Assembly: GCA_036446835.1 (NCBI GenBank)
Contig: JAZFTT010000038.1
Location: forward strand, 1-46,754
DNA: 46,754 nt
Direction: 5' to 3'
Origin: Acidimicrobiia bacterium
GTDB taxonomy: Bacteria > Actinomycetota > Acidimicrobiia > Spongiisociales > ZC4RG35
The position numbers and the translations under genes were made by a program. The notes beneath the pieces were generated by a model that saw only the letters and a list, made by a program, of their open reading frames with translations, had not been told where the DNA came from and did not search any database. Positions 35,271 to 43,598 of the stretch are shown here, piece after piece. The stretch's first letter is position 1; each line of letters starts with the position of its first letter.

Positions 35271-36002
35271 GTGCGCGACATACTCTCTGATCTAGTAGCC
35301 GAGCAGCAGTTCCTCGACCAGTCCTTGCAGCGCATCCCGATCAAGGTCTGGGATCTCAAGACGCCCAACAAGCCGTGGACTGTCAGGGACACCATCGCCC
35401 ACCTGGCCGACTTCGAAGAGCTTGGCGCCGACGCAATCAACGGAGGCGAAAGGGTCAGGGAATGGCAGAGCACCTCGGACCTCGAAGCCTCGAAAAAGAA
35501 GGCAATCAAGAAAGGCCGCGCGATGCGCCCTCAAGATGTCATCGAGTGGTGGCGAGGCGGGCGCGCCAAGGTTGTGGAGCCACTGTCCCACATGAGCGGT
35601 GAGGACCGGATCAATTGGATCGCCGGCGACATGAGCGCCCGGACGTTCGCCACGTTTCGCTTGATGGAAACATGGATGCACGGTCTCGACATCTACGCCA
35701 CGCTCGGGATCGAGGTCGAAGACACACCGCGCATCCGTCACATCTGCTGGCTGGGATGGAAGACACTCCCCTACGCCTTCAGGGAAGCAGGCGAGGATTA
35801 CGAGCCGGTTCGGGTTGAGGTCATCGGCCCCGGTTACTCCAGGTGGATCTACGGGCCGGAGGACACCGATCAGTTGATCAAGGGGTCCGCTTCCGACTGG
35901 GCAAGGATCGTGGTTCGCCGTGCCAAGCCGAAAGACACCCGTCTGAAGGTGACAGGCGAGCGTGCGGAGACGGCGATTCAGGTAGCCAGGGCCTACCTGT
36001 GA
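35271..36002 (+). CDS. Maleylpyruvate-isomerase-family mycothiol-dependent (DinB/MDMPI_N, TIGR03084-like) protein
   Basis: N-terminus DLVAEQQFLDQSL...TPNKPWTVRDTIAHLADFEE matches the family layout. GTG start. Confidence 0.7.
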   Translation: MRDILSDLVAEQQFLDQSLQRIPIKVWDLKTPNKPWTVRDTIAHLADFEELGADAINGGERVREWQSTSDLEASKKKAIKKGRAMRPQDVIEWWRGGRAKVVEPLSHMSGEDRINWIAGDMSARTFATFRLMETWMHGLDIYATLGIEVEDTPRIRHICWLGWKTLPYAFREAGEDYEPVRVEVIGPGYSRWIYGPEDTDQLIKGSASDWARIVVRRAKPKDTRLKVTGERAETAIQVARAYL

Positions 36003-36790
36003 GTTCCATTCCCCACGTTGTGGGGATGGTCCATCTGCTCCCTCTTCCGGGCTCCCCCGAATTCAACGGCTCAATGGATGAGGTCGTCGAGACAGCAGTC
36101 TCCGACGCCTCCGCTCTGACAAAGGCCGGGTTTCCGGCTCTGATGGTAGAGAATTTTGGCGACACTCCATTCTTCGCCGACGGCGTTGCTTCGGAGACGA
36201 TCTCCGCCATGACGGTTGCCGTGACCGGCGTAATGGATGCGACCGGGGTGCCTATAGGCGTCAACGTCCTCCGCAATGACGCTCTTTCCGCCCTCGCTAT
36301 TGCAGCCGCGACCGGCGCCGCCTTCATAAGGGTCAACGTGTTGACAGGCATGATGTACACCGATCAGGGCCCGATCGTGGGCAGGGCGTCGGAGGTTCTT
36401 CGCAAACGCAGCGCACTGGCACCAGAAATCGAGATATGGGCGGATGTGATCGTCAAGCACGCTTCGGCACCGGCCGGGATCGACGCTCGACAAGCTGCCG
36501 CCGACACTGTTGAGCGCGGAGGGGCGGACGCTGTCATCGTCTCCGGTTCGGGCACCGGAGTGGAGCCCGACATCCATGAGGCCGGCGTGGTGAGGGCTGC
36601 GGTCCCAACCGAGACCCGCGTCGTGATCGGATCGGGTGCCAACGCAGACAATCTGTCGAGGCTCCTCAGAGCCGCTGACTCAGTGATCGTGGGATCGTCG
36701 ACAAAGGTCGACGGCGAAGCCCGCAACCGAGTTGACGCGCTCCGGGCTGCCCGATTCATCGAAGTCGCCCGCGACGAGGGGCTGCTGTGA
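35999..36790 (+). CDS. BtpA/SgcQ-family TIM-barrel protein
   Basis: VGMVHLLPLPGSPEF...ALMVENFGDTPFF...GVNVLRND. Start GTG at 35999 overlaps the upstream stop (GTGA). Confidence 0.75.
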   Translation: MSSIPHVVGMVHLLPLPGSPEFNGSMDEVVETAVSDASALTKAGFPALMVENFGDTPFFADGVASETISAMTVAVTGVMDATGVPIGVNVLRNDALSALAIAAATGAAFIRVNVLTGMMYTDQGPIVGRASEVLRKRSALAPEIEIWADVIVKHASAPAGIDARQAAADTVERGGADAVIVSGSGTGVEPDIHEAGVVRAAVPTETRVVIGSGANADNLSRLLRAADSVIVGSSTKVDGEARNRVDALRAARFIEVARDEGLL

Positions 36791-37575
36791 GCTCCGTCAA
36801 GACAAGCCACGCCGACGGAGTGGCCGTAGTGACACTCGCTGAGCCCGATACCCGCAACGCACTGACCGGCGGAGAGATGCTCGAGCAACTCATCGACGCC
36901 ATCGATGACGCCGAGACGGACCAGGACATCGGTGTGCTGGTTCTCCAGGCTGAGGGTCCTGCCTTTTCGGCGGGCGGCAATGTCAAGGACATGGCCGCCA
37001 AGGAGGGTCTTTTCGCCGGCAACCCGGCCCAGATCACGGAGAAATATCGGGAAACCATTCAGCAGCTGACACGGTTCATGGCCACGACCGACCTGGTCAC
37101 CATCGCCGCGGTCAACGGACCTGCTATCGGCGCCGGTTTCGATCTGGTTCTTGGCTGTGACCTTCGCGTCGGCACTCCACGAGCCCGTTTCGCCCATACG
37201 TTCATCGAAATGGGAATCCTCCCCGCTGACGGTGGCGCATGGCTGCTTCCCCGAGTAGTGGGCTGGCAGCGTGCCACAGAGCTCTCACTGACTGCCCGCT
37301 CCATAGACGCCGACGAAGCAGTCAGACTCGGTGTCCTCCTCAGCGTGGTCCCGGAGAACAAGATCGAAGACCACGTCATGAAACTGGCGAGATCCATCGC
37401 CTCGAAACCACGACCGGCAGTGGTATTGGCCAAACGTCTCCTCCGTCAGTCGAAAACCATGGATCTCGACGCTTTCCTAGAATTCTCGGCCGCGCTGCAG
37501 GCGGTTGCTCATTCAACGCCTGAGCACGAGACGGCAATCAATCAATACATCGAGCGGCTCACGGGTCGCGACTGA
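36787..37575 (+). CDS. Enoyl-CoA hydratase/isomerase (crotonase) family protein
   Basis: VAVVTLAEPDTRNAL...GPAFSAGGNVKDM...AAVNGPAIGAGFDL. The GTG start overlaps the btpA-like stop (GTGA). Confidence 0.9.
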   Translation: MSSVKTSHADGVAVVTLAEPDTRNALTGGEMLEQLIDAIDDAETDQDIGVLVLQAEGPAFSAGGNVKDMAAKEGLFAGNPAQITEKYRETIQQLTRFMATTDLVTIAAVNGPAIGAGFDLVLGCDLRVGTPRARFAHTFIEMGILPADGGAWLLPRVVGWQRATELSLTARSIDADEAVRLGVLLSVVPENKIEDHVMKLARSIASKPRPAVVLAKRLLRQSKTMDLDAFLEFSAALQAVAHSTPEHETAINQYIERLTGRD

Positions 37576-38221
37576 ATCGGAACCCTGTCTTGTGCAGAAG
37601 CTTCAGCATTGCCGCCGCGGGACTCGACGATCGAGCCGAACGAAGAAGGGCGTCGTGGCTCTCGAGAGCGCCGAATGCACGCTCGATGATCACCTGTAAC
37701 GGTATGACGTTCATGGTCACTTCGGACGCCTGACCAAAAGCGACAATGCGGGTTCGCACCGTGCCGCCCCCTCTCGCCGGTGTGTAGCACACACCTCTGT
37801 CCCGTAAGTCCTCGACAATCCGATCGAGATCACCATCGGAGTAGATCCAACTGAGCCGGTGCAACGCCGTGTGCAGCGTCTCGTGCTTGGTCAGCGACGG
37901 ATTGAATGCCGCCTCGCCTTGTTTCACCTCACCGACGATGACATCGACGGTGTCTTCTTCGAGGAAGAGCGGCACACCGGGAACTTCCAATTCGGCCGCA
38001 AGGGCCGGGTCGTGGGCATCGGCAATGAACACCCGCCCGGGGAACCGCAGTGCGAGAATGTCCACATCTGTGACGGTTTCCCAATCGCCCCTTTTGTTCA
38101 AGGACTGGATCTGAAGTTCCGACAATGTCAGATAGCCGTTCGACCGCAAAAAAACTTCCACCAGGTCTGTTGCCACATCCATGACGGCCATTAAACCAAT
38201 TGAGACGGGCGACCCATACAC
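37559..38221 (-). CDS. Hypothetical protein with a PD-(D/E)xK nuclease-like motif pattern
   Basis: E(VFLRSNGY)...DVDILAL...VDVIVGEVKQGE fits the E / D / ExK order of restriction-endonuclease-fold proteins. The probable start is MAVMDV (38191). The gene is lower in GC than its neighbours and overlaps the convergent crotonase gene by 17 nt. Confidence 0.5.
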   Translation of the reverse strand: MYGSPVSIGLMAVMDVATDLVEVFLRSNGYLTLSELQIQSLNKRGDWETVTDVDILALRFPGRVFIADAHDPALAAELEVPGVPLFLEEDTVDVIVGEVKQGEAAFNPSLTKHETLHTALHRLSWIYSDGDLDRIVEDLRDRGVCYTPARGGGTVRTRIVAFGQASEVTMNVIPLQVIIERAFGALESHDALLRSARSSSPAAAMLKLLHKTGFRFSRDP

Positions 38222-38264
38222 TGATCGCGTAGAGTGGGCAAACTAAGCGTTCTGTGGTGAGGAT

Positions 38265-38840
38265 ATGAAGGAAATACCAAGAGACATACTGATCGAGGTC
38301 ATGGAGGACGTGATAGAGGACCTCCACGGTCACGTTCATCGGGTTTCCGACCTCGCAGTCGACCTCGGCACCGGAATCGGACTCGGGGACACCGATCTCG
38401 ACCGACTCGCTCTGGCGGGCGTCCTTCACGATGTCGGAAAGATCCACCTCGATCCAGGAATTCTCGGCAAACCCGGCCCGCTGAACGAGGAGGAATTCGA
38501 GTTGATGAGAAGGCATCCCGAAATGGGATTCGCCATGACTCGGAATCGCCTCGAACCCAAGGTCGCCGAAGCAATCCTCTACCACCACGAACGTTATGAC
38601 GGTGGTGGCTATCCGTTTGGGCTCGCGGCCGACAACATTCCAATCCTGAGCCGCATTGTTCTCGTCGCCGACGCTTTCGACGCGATGACATCGGTTCGGG
38701 TCTACCAGCCGGCTCTCCCCGTCGAGTATGCGGTCGAGGAGATTCGCACAAACGCGGGCAGCCAGTTCGATCCGACGGTGGTCGACATCTTCCTGGAGCT
38801 TGCCGCCGTCGACAGACTCCCGCTGGAGCTCATCGCCTAA
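38265..38840 (+). CDS. Stand-alone HD-GYP domain protein (putative c-di-GMP phosphodiesterase)
   Basis: HGHVHRV, LHDVGKI and HHERYDGGGYPFGL motifs. No receiver or sensor domain. It uses AGA/ATA codons that are rare in its neighbours. Confidence 0.85.
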   Translation: MKEIPRDILIEVMEDVIEDLHGHVHRVSDLAVDLGTGIGLGDTDLDRLALAGVLHDVGKIHLDPGILGKPGPLNEEEFELMRRHPEMGFAMTRNRLEPKVAEAILYHHERYDGGGYPFGLAADNIPILSRIVLVADAFDAMTSVRVYQPALPVEYAVEEIRTNAGSQFDPTVVDIFLELAAVDRLPLELIA

Positions 38841-38967
38841 GACGCCTTCGATCCCTTGGCATTCCGCATGTACGTGGCACGCCTGGACTCTGCAAGCCAT
38901 CTGATCCGCGCGGTGATCTGTCGCCGTCGAGCTTGACTCAGGTCCGGGTCTAGTATTCCGGCCCGCA

Positions 38968-39162
38968 ATGAGAATCGCTTCTTACATCTTCTACGGTCTC
39001 GCCGCCCTGTCCGTGTTGGCCGGCATCTCGGCCGCTTCATTTCTCAAGGATGAGATAGGCAAGGTGTTTGGCACAGGGACAATCTTCGTATATGGCGGCG
39101 CAGCTGTTCTCTCTCTGCTCGTTGCCGTTGCCGCCCAGAGTCTCGCCAACCGGAGGGTCTGA
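38968..39162 (+). CDS. Hypothetical small two-TM membrane protein (64 aa)
   Basis: Two hydrophobic helices (IFYGLAALSVLAGISAASFL, GGAAVLSLLVAVAAQSL). ATG start. Confidence 0.4.
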   Translation: MRIASYIFYGLAALSVLAGISAASFLKDEIGKVFGTGTIFVYGGAAVLSLLVAVAAQSLANRRV

Positions 39163-39194
39163 CCGACCCCGGGCGAAGCCCGCTCACGAGGTTC

Positions 39195-42100
39195 TTGTCG
39201 CCACCCTCTGATACGTTAGGTGTCGTGGATCCGCTGAGGGCATTTACGCCGGCAACCAGGGCGTGGTTCGAGGCTTCGTTCAATGAGCCGACCAAAGCTC
39301 AGGATTTGGGTTGGCCGGCAATCGCCGACGGAGATCACACCCTGATCCACGCCCCGACGGGGTCAGGAAAGACGCTGGCCGCTTTCCTATGGACATTGGA
39401 TCGTCTGCTCACCGATCCTGTGCCGGAGAAGCTGGAACGCTGTCGTGTTCTCTATGTCTCACCGATGAAGGCCCTGGCCCACGACATCGACCGCAATCTG
39501 CGCGCGCCCCTCGCCGGGATCCGTCATGCAGCCGAGCGTCTCGGAGGTGACCCGCTACCCGAGCTGACGACTTTCCTAAGGACCGGCGACACCCCTCAAG
39601 AGGATCGTCGTCGAATGGAAAGACATCCACCCGACATCCTCATCACCACACCGGAGTCGCTCTATCTGATGCTGACCTCCGCCGTTCGATCGGTGTTCCG
39701 AAGCGTGAAATGGGTGATCGTCGACGAGATTCATGCCGTGGCCGGAACCAAACGCGGAGCCCACCTCACTCTCTCGATGGAGAGGCTCGAGGAGATCACC
39801 GACGAGTCGCCGCAACGGATCGGCCTATCGGCCACCCAGCGTCCCCTCGAGACCATCGCCCGATTCCTGGGAGGAGGCACTGTTGAGGGCGATGAGTGGG
39901 TTCCGAGGCCGGTCACCATCATCGACGTCCCCCACGATCGTGAGCTCGACCTGGAAATCGTTGTCCCCGTCGAGGATATGAGCGAGCCCGGTGAGCGTGA
40001 TCCTCTCGATCCTGACGACGCGCCCGTCCGGTCGATTTGGCCGGCCATCTACCCCCGACTGCTCAGGCACATCAGAGACCACAACAGCACGATCGTCTTT
40101 GCCAACTCGCGTCGTCTCGCCGAGCGAGTCTGCTCGGAGTTGAACAACCTTGCCGGAGAAGACCTCGCCCGTGCCCACCACGGATCGGTGGCAAGGGAGC
40201 AACGTCTCGAAATCGAAGAGGCGCTCAAGCGTGGAGAGATCAAGGCTGTCGTCGCCACATCGTCACTGGAGCTCGGGATCGATATGGGCGCCGTTGATCT
40301 CGTGCTCCAGGTGGAGGCTCCAATCTCTGTCGCGTCCGGGCTTCAGCGGGTTGGTCGATCCGGACATCATGTGGGTGGCGTTTCAAGGGCAAAGGTGTTT
40401 CCGAAATACCGCGGGGATCTACTCGTGGCAACCGTTGTTGCCGGGGAGATGGCCAAACGCCATGTCGAGAAGACGCGAGTGCCCACCAACCCTATTGACG
40501 TCCTTTGTCAGCAACTGGTGGCACAAACGGTCTCTGGAGACACAACAGCCGACGATCTCTACGAGATAACACGACGAGCGTCGCCCTACTCCGAACTGAG
40601 CCGCCAGGTCTTTGACGAGACCCTCGACATGCTGTCCGGCCGGTACCCGTCTGATCTATTCGCGGAGCTGAGACCCCGCATCACCTGGGATCGCGCCACC
40701 GGAGCGGTGACTGCGAGACCCGGGGCCAGACAACTCGCGGTGACCAACCCGGGGACGATTCCCGACCGTGGTCTCTACCGGGTGACACTTCCCGACGGAA
40801 GTCGGGTCGGCGAACTCGATGAGGAGATGGTCTATGAGTCTCGAGAGGGCGACAGTTTCCTCCTCGGCTCCAGCGCATGGCGCATCATACGGATAACCCA
40901 TGACAAGGTCGAAGTGGTTCCTGCACCGGGCAATGCCGCGGCGAAGATGCCCTTCTGGCATGGAGACATGTTCGGTCGACAGCTCGAAACCGGTCGCGCC
41001 ATAGGAAAGTTCATCCGAGAGATAGCGCGGCGCGATCAAGAAACTGCCGAAACGATCCTCGGAGACGAGTACGGCCTCGACGAGTTCGCTGCGCGCAATC
41101 TGATCTCATACATCCACGAGGAGAAGGATGCCACAGGAGTCCTTCCCACCGATCACACCATCGTCGTCGAGCGCTTCCAGGACGAGATCGGCGATTGGCG
41201 TGTTGTGCTCCTCTCGCCTCTTGGGGCCAGGATTCACGCTCCGTGGGGCATGGCCCTTCGCCATCGTTTCAAGAGTCGCTACGGGACCGACGTGGACGTG
41301 ATCTGGTCCGACGACGGCATCGCATTCCGATTTCCCGACTCCGACGATCCGCCAGAGGCTGACGATCTGGTACTCGACCCTGAAGAAGTCGAGGCGCTCC
41401 TGGTCGATCATCTCGCCGACACCGCACTGTTCGCAGCGCGGTTCCGCGAGGCCGCCGGTCGAGCCCTGCTTCTGCCCCGTCGACGGCCAGGTGAACGCAC
41501 TCCTCTGTGGTTGCAGCGACGCAAGTCGGCCGACCTCCTCGGCGTCGCTCGCCAATTCGGATCATTTCCGATCCTCCTCGAGGTCTACCGCGAGATTCTC
41601 CAAGACGACTTCGATCTCCCCTCGCTCCAGGAGGTCCTCGGGGAGATCCGATCACGGAAGATACGGGTGGCATCCATTGATACCCATGGGCCAAGTCCTT
41701 TCGCTTCTTCGCTCCTCTTCTCTTTCGTGGCCGCCTATCTGTACGAAGCCGACACCCCGCTCGCGGAGAGACGCGCCGCAGCACTCACGCTCGACCGCGA
41801 CCTGCTCAGACAGCTTCTTGGGGAGGGGGAGCTGAGGGAGCTGATCGATCCAGAGGTAGTTGCGGCGGTGGAACTCGAACTACAGCATCTGACGGACAAC
41901 CGAAGGGCGACAAACCCGGATCGACTCCATGACCTCCTCCGTGACCTGGGGCCGCTTTCGATCGTGGACATAGAGGTACGCACCTCGAGCATCGATGTTC
42001 TAGCTGCCCTGGAGGATCTCCGTGACGAGAGAAGGGCTGTCGAGGTCGTCATTGGCGGAGAGCCAAAATGGGCAGCCATCGAGGACATTGCCCGGCTCCG

Positions 42101-43598
42101 GGACGGTCTTGGCGTCCAACCTCCCCCCGGTGTTCCTCAGACATTCCTCGAGCCGGTTGAAGACCCTCTCGGTGACGTAGTCGGCCGTTACGCAAGGACT
42201 CATGGTCCCTTCACGTCAAAAGAGGCTTCGACAGCCTTGAATCTCCCAAGCGGCATTGTCGAAGCCGCGCTCGAGAAACTCGAGCGGACGGACCGAATCG
42301 CCGAAGGCGCGTTTCGACCAGGAGGTGAGGGGCGGGAGTGGGTTGACAGCTCGGTGCTTCGACGACTGAAGAGACGCTCGCTGGCGGTCTTGCGCAATGA
42401 GATCGAGCCTGTGGAGGCCTCTGCGCTGGCCCAATTCGGGCTCGCCTGGCAGGGAGTCACCGCTGACCCACCACGTGGAAGAAGCGCCCTCTCAGATGCC
42501 ACTCTCAGGCTGACCGGCGCGGCCGTGCCTGCCTCGGTCCTCGAGCGAGACGTGCTGGCATCCAGAGTTGCTCAGACCGGAAACGGCATCGATGCTCTCA
42601 TGATGGCCGGAGACCTCGTCTGGGTGGGAGAGGGCTCGCTTGGCTCCAGGGATGGAAGGGTGGCGCTCTACCCACGCGACACGCTCACCTCGCTCTGGAA
42701 AGGACCCGACGCAGATGCCGAGTTGAACTCCAAGGCAATCGAGATCCTGAGTGAGTTGGACAACTCCGGCGCCAGTTTCTTTCGGGACTTATACGAGGGG
42801 ACTGGAGGCGGAGATCCCGAGGAGACTCTCAAAGCCCTCTGGGATCTGGTCTGGGCCGGTCATCTCACCAACGACACGTTTGAGCCTGTTCGAGCGTTTG
42901 TCGCCAGACGCCGTAGTTCGAGCACGGGACGCGTTTCGCTCTCCAGTCGGTTTCCGGCTCATTCAGCCGGTCGATGGTCGCTCACCAAGGGTCTGATCCG
43001 ATCGGCTCCTTCAGAGACAGAGCGCCATGCAGCATGGGCGGAGTTGCTTCTCGACCGACATGGTGTGGTGACGAGAAGCACGGCGCTCGCCGAGGGCTAT
43101 CCCGGAGGTTTCACAACCCTCTATCCGGTCTTCAGTCGTCTCGAGGAGACCGGACGGATTCGTCGCGGCTACTTCGTCGAGGGACTCGGCGGCTCACAAT
43201 TCGCACTCCCCGGCGCCGTTGACCGTCTTCGCGGTGAATCAGATTCGTCCCTATTGGTTCTTGCCGCTACCGACCCTGCCAACCCTTACGGCGGAGTCCT
43301 TCCCTGGCCAGAACTCGCAGAGACCCGACTGGCTCGCGACGCCGGCGCTTATGTCCTCCTTTGGGGCGGTGATCTCATCGGCTATCTCGACAAAGGCCGC
43401 CGTGGGCTTACTCTGCTCAGCCCCTCGGTCGAACAGTTCAGCCTCGTATCCCGGGCCATGGCGGATGTCGCCGGGAAGTACAAACGTCTCACGCTGGTCA
43501 CGATCAACGGCGAGCCTGCATCGGCCTCTCCACTCGCTTCTCCCCTCTCTGAATGGGGCTTTGCCACAGCCCCTCGGGGCCTGACCTACCGCGGCTAG
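39195..43598 (+). CDS. lhr: Lhr-type large ATP-dependent DNA helicase (full length)
   Basis: 1467 aa. Walker A APTGSGKT, motif II VDEIH, and a long Lhr-type C-terminal extension. The exact start (TTG 39195 or a downstream GTG) is uncertain. Confidence 0.95.
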   Translation: MSPPSDTLGVVDPLRAFTPATRAWFEASFNEPTKAQDLGWPAIADGDHTLIHAPTGSGKTLAAFLWTLDRLLTDPVPEKLERCRVLYVSPMKALAHDIDRNLRAPLAGIRHAAERLGGDPLPELTTFLRTGDTPQEDRRRMERHPPDILITTPESLYLMLTSAVRSVFRSVKWVIVDEIHAVAGTKRGAHLTLSMERLEEITDESPQRIGLSATQRPLETIARFLGGGTVEGDEWVPRPVTIIDVPHDRELDLEIVVPVEDMSEPGERDPLDPDDAPVRSIWPAIYPRLLRHIRDHNSTIVFANSRRLAERVCSELNNLAGEDLARAHHGSVAREQRLEIEEALKRGEIKAVVATSSLELGIDMGAVDLVLQVEAPISVASGLQRVGRSGHHVGGVSRAKVFPKYRGDLLVATVVAGEMAKRHVEKTRVPTNPIDVLCQQLVAQTVSGDTTADDLYEITRRASPYSELSRQVFDETLDMLSGRYPSDLFAELRPRITWDRATGAVTARPGARQLAVTNPGTIPDRGLYRVTLPDGSRVGELDEEMVYESREGDSFLLGSSAWRIIRITHDKVEVVPAPGNAAAKMPFWHGDMFGRQLETGRAIGKFIREIARRDQETAETILGDEYGLDEFAARNLISYIHEEKDATGVLPTDHTIVVERFQDEIGDWRVVLLSPLGARIHAPWGMALRHRFKSRYGTDVDVIWSDDGIAFRFPDSDDPPEADDLVLDPEEVEALLVDHLADTALFAARFREAAGRALLLPRRRPGERTPLWLQRRKSADLLGVARQFGSFPILLEVYREILQDDFDLPSLQEVLGEIRSRKIRVASIDTHGPSPFASSLLFSFVAAYLYEADTPLAERRAAALTLDRDLLRQLLGEGELRELIDPEVVAAVELELQHLTDNRRATNPDRLHDLLRDLGPLSIVDIEVRTSSIDVLAALEDLRDERRAVEVVIGGEPKWAAIEDIARLRDGLGVQPPPGVPQTFLEPVEDPLGDVVGRYARTHGPFTSKEASTALNLPSGIVEAALEKLERTDRIAEGAFRPGGEGREWVDSSVLRRLKRRSLAVLRNEIEPVEASALAQFGLAWQGVTADPPRGRSALSDATLRLTGAAVPASVLERDVLASRVAQTGNGIDALMMAGDLVWVGEGSLGSRDGRVALYPRDTLTSLWKGPDADAELNSKAIEILSELDNSGASFFRDLYEGTGGGDPEETLKALWDLVWAGHLTNDTFEPVRAFVARRRSSSTGRVSLSSRFPAHSAGRWSLTKGLIRSAPSETERHAAWAELLLDRHGVVTRSTALAEGYPGGFTTLYPVFSRLEETGRIRRGYFVEGLGGSQFALPGAVDRLRGESDSSLLVLAATDPANPYGGVLPWPELAETRLARDAGAYVLLWGGDLIGYLDKGRRGLTLLSPSVEQFSLVSRAMADVAGKYKRLTLVTINGEPASASPLASPLSEWGFATAPRGLTYRG

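Noticed and set aside
37559-38221. Identity of the 220-aa PD-(D/E)xK-like protein with actinobacterial NucS/EndoMS (similar length)
   Set aside because: As far as I recall the mycobacterial NucS sequence, it shows no colinearity with this protein. Only the generic nuclease-fold motif order is shared.
37929-38900. 323-aa minus-strand ORF spanning the HD-GYP locus
   Set aside because: The + strand encodes complete HD-GYP motifs (HDVGK, HHERYDGGGYP). The minus ORF is Arg-rich and partly overlaps the PD-(D/E)xK gene in another frame.
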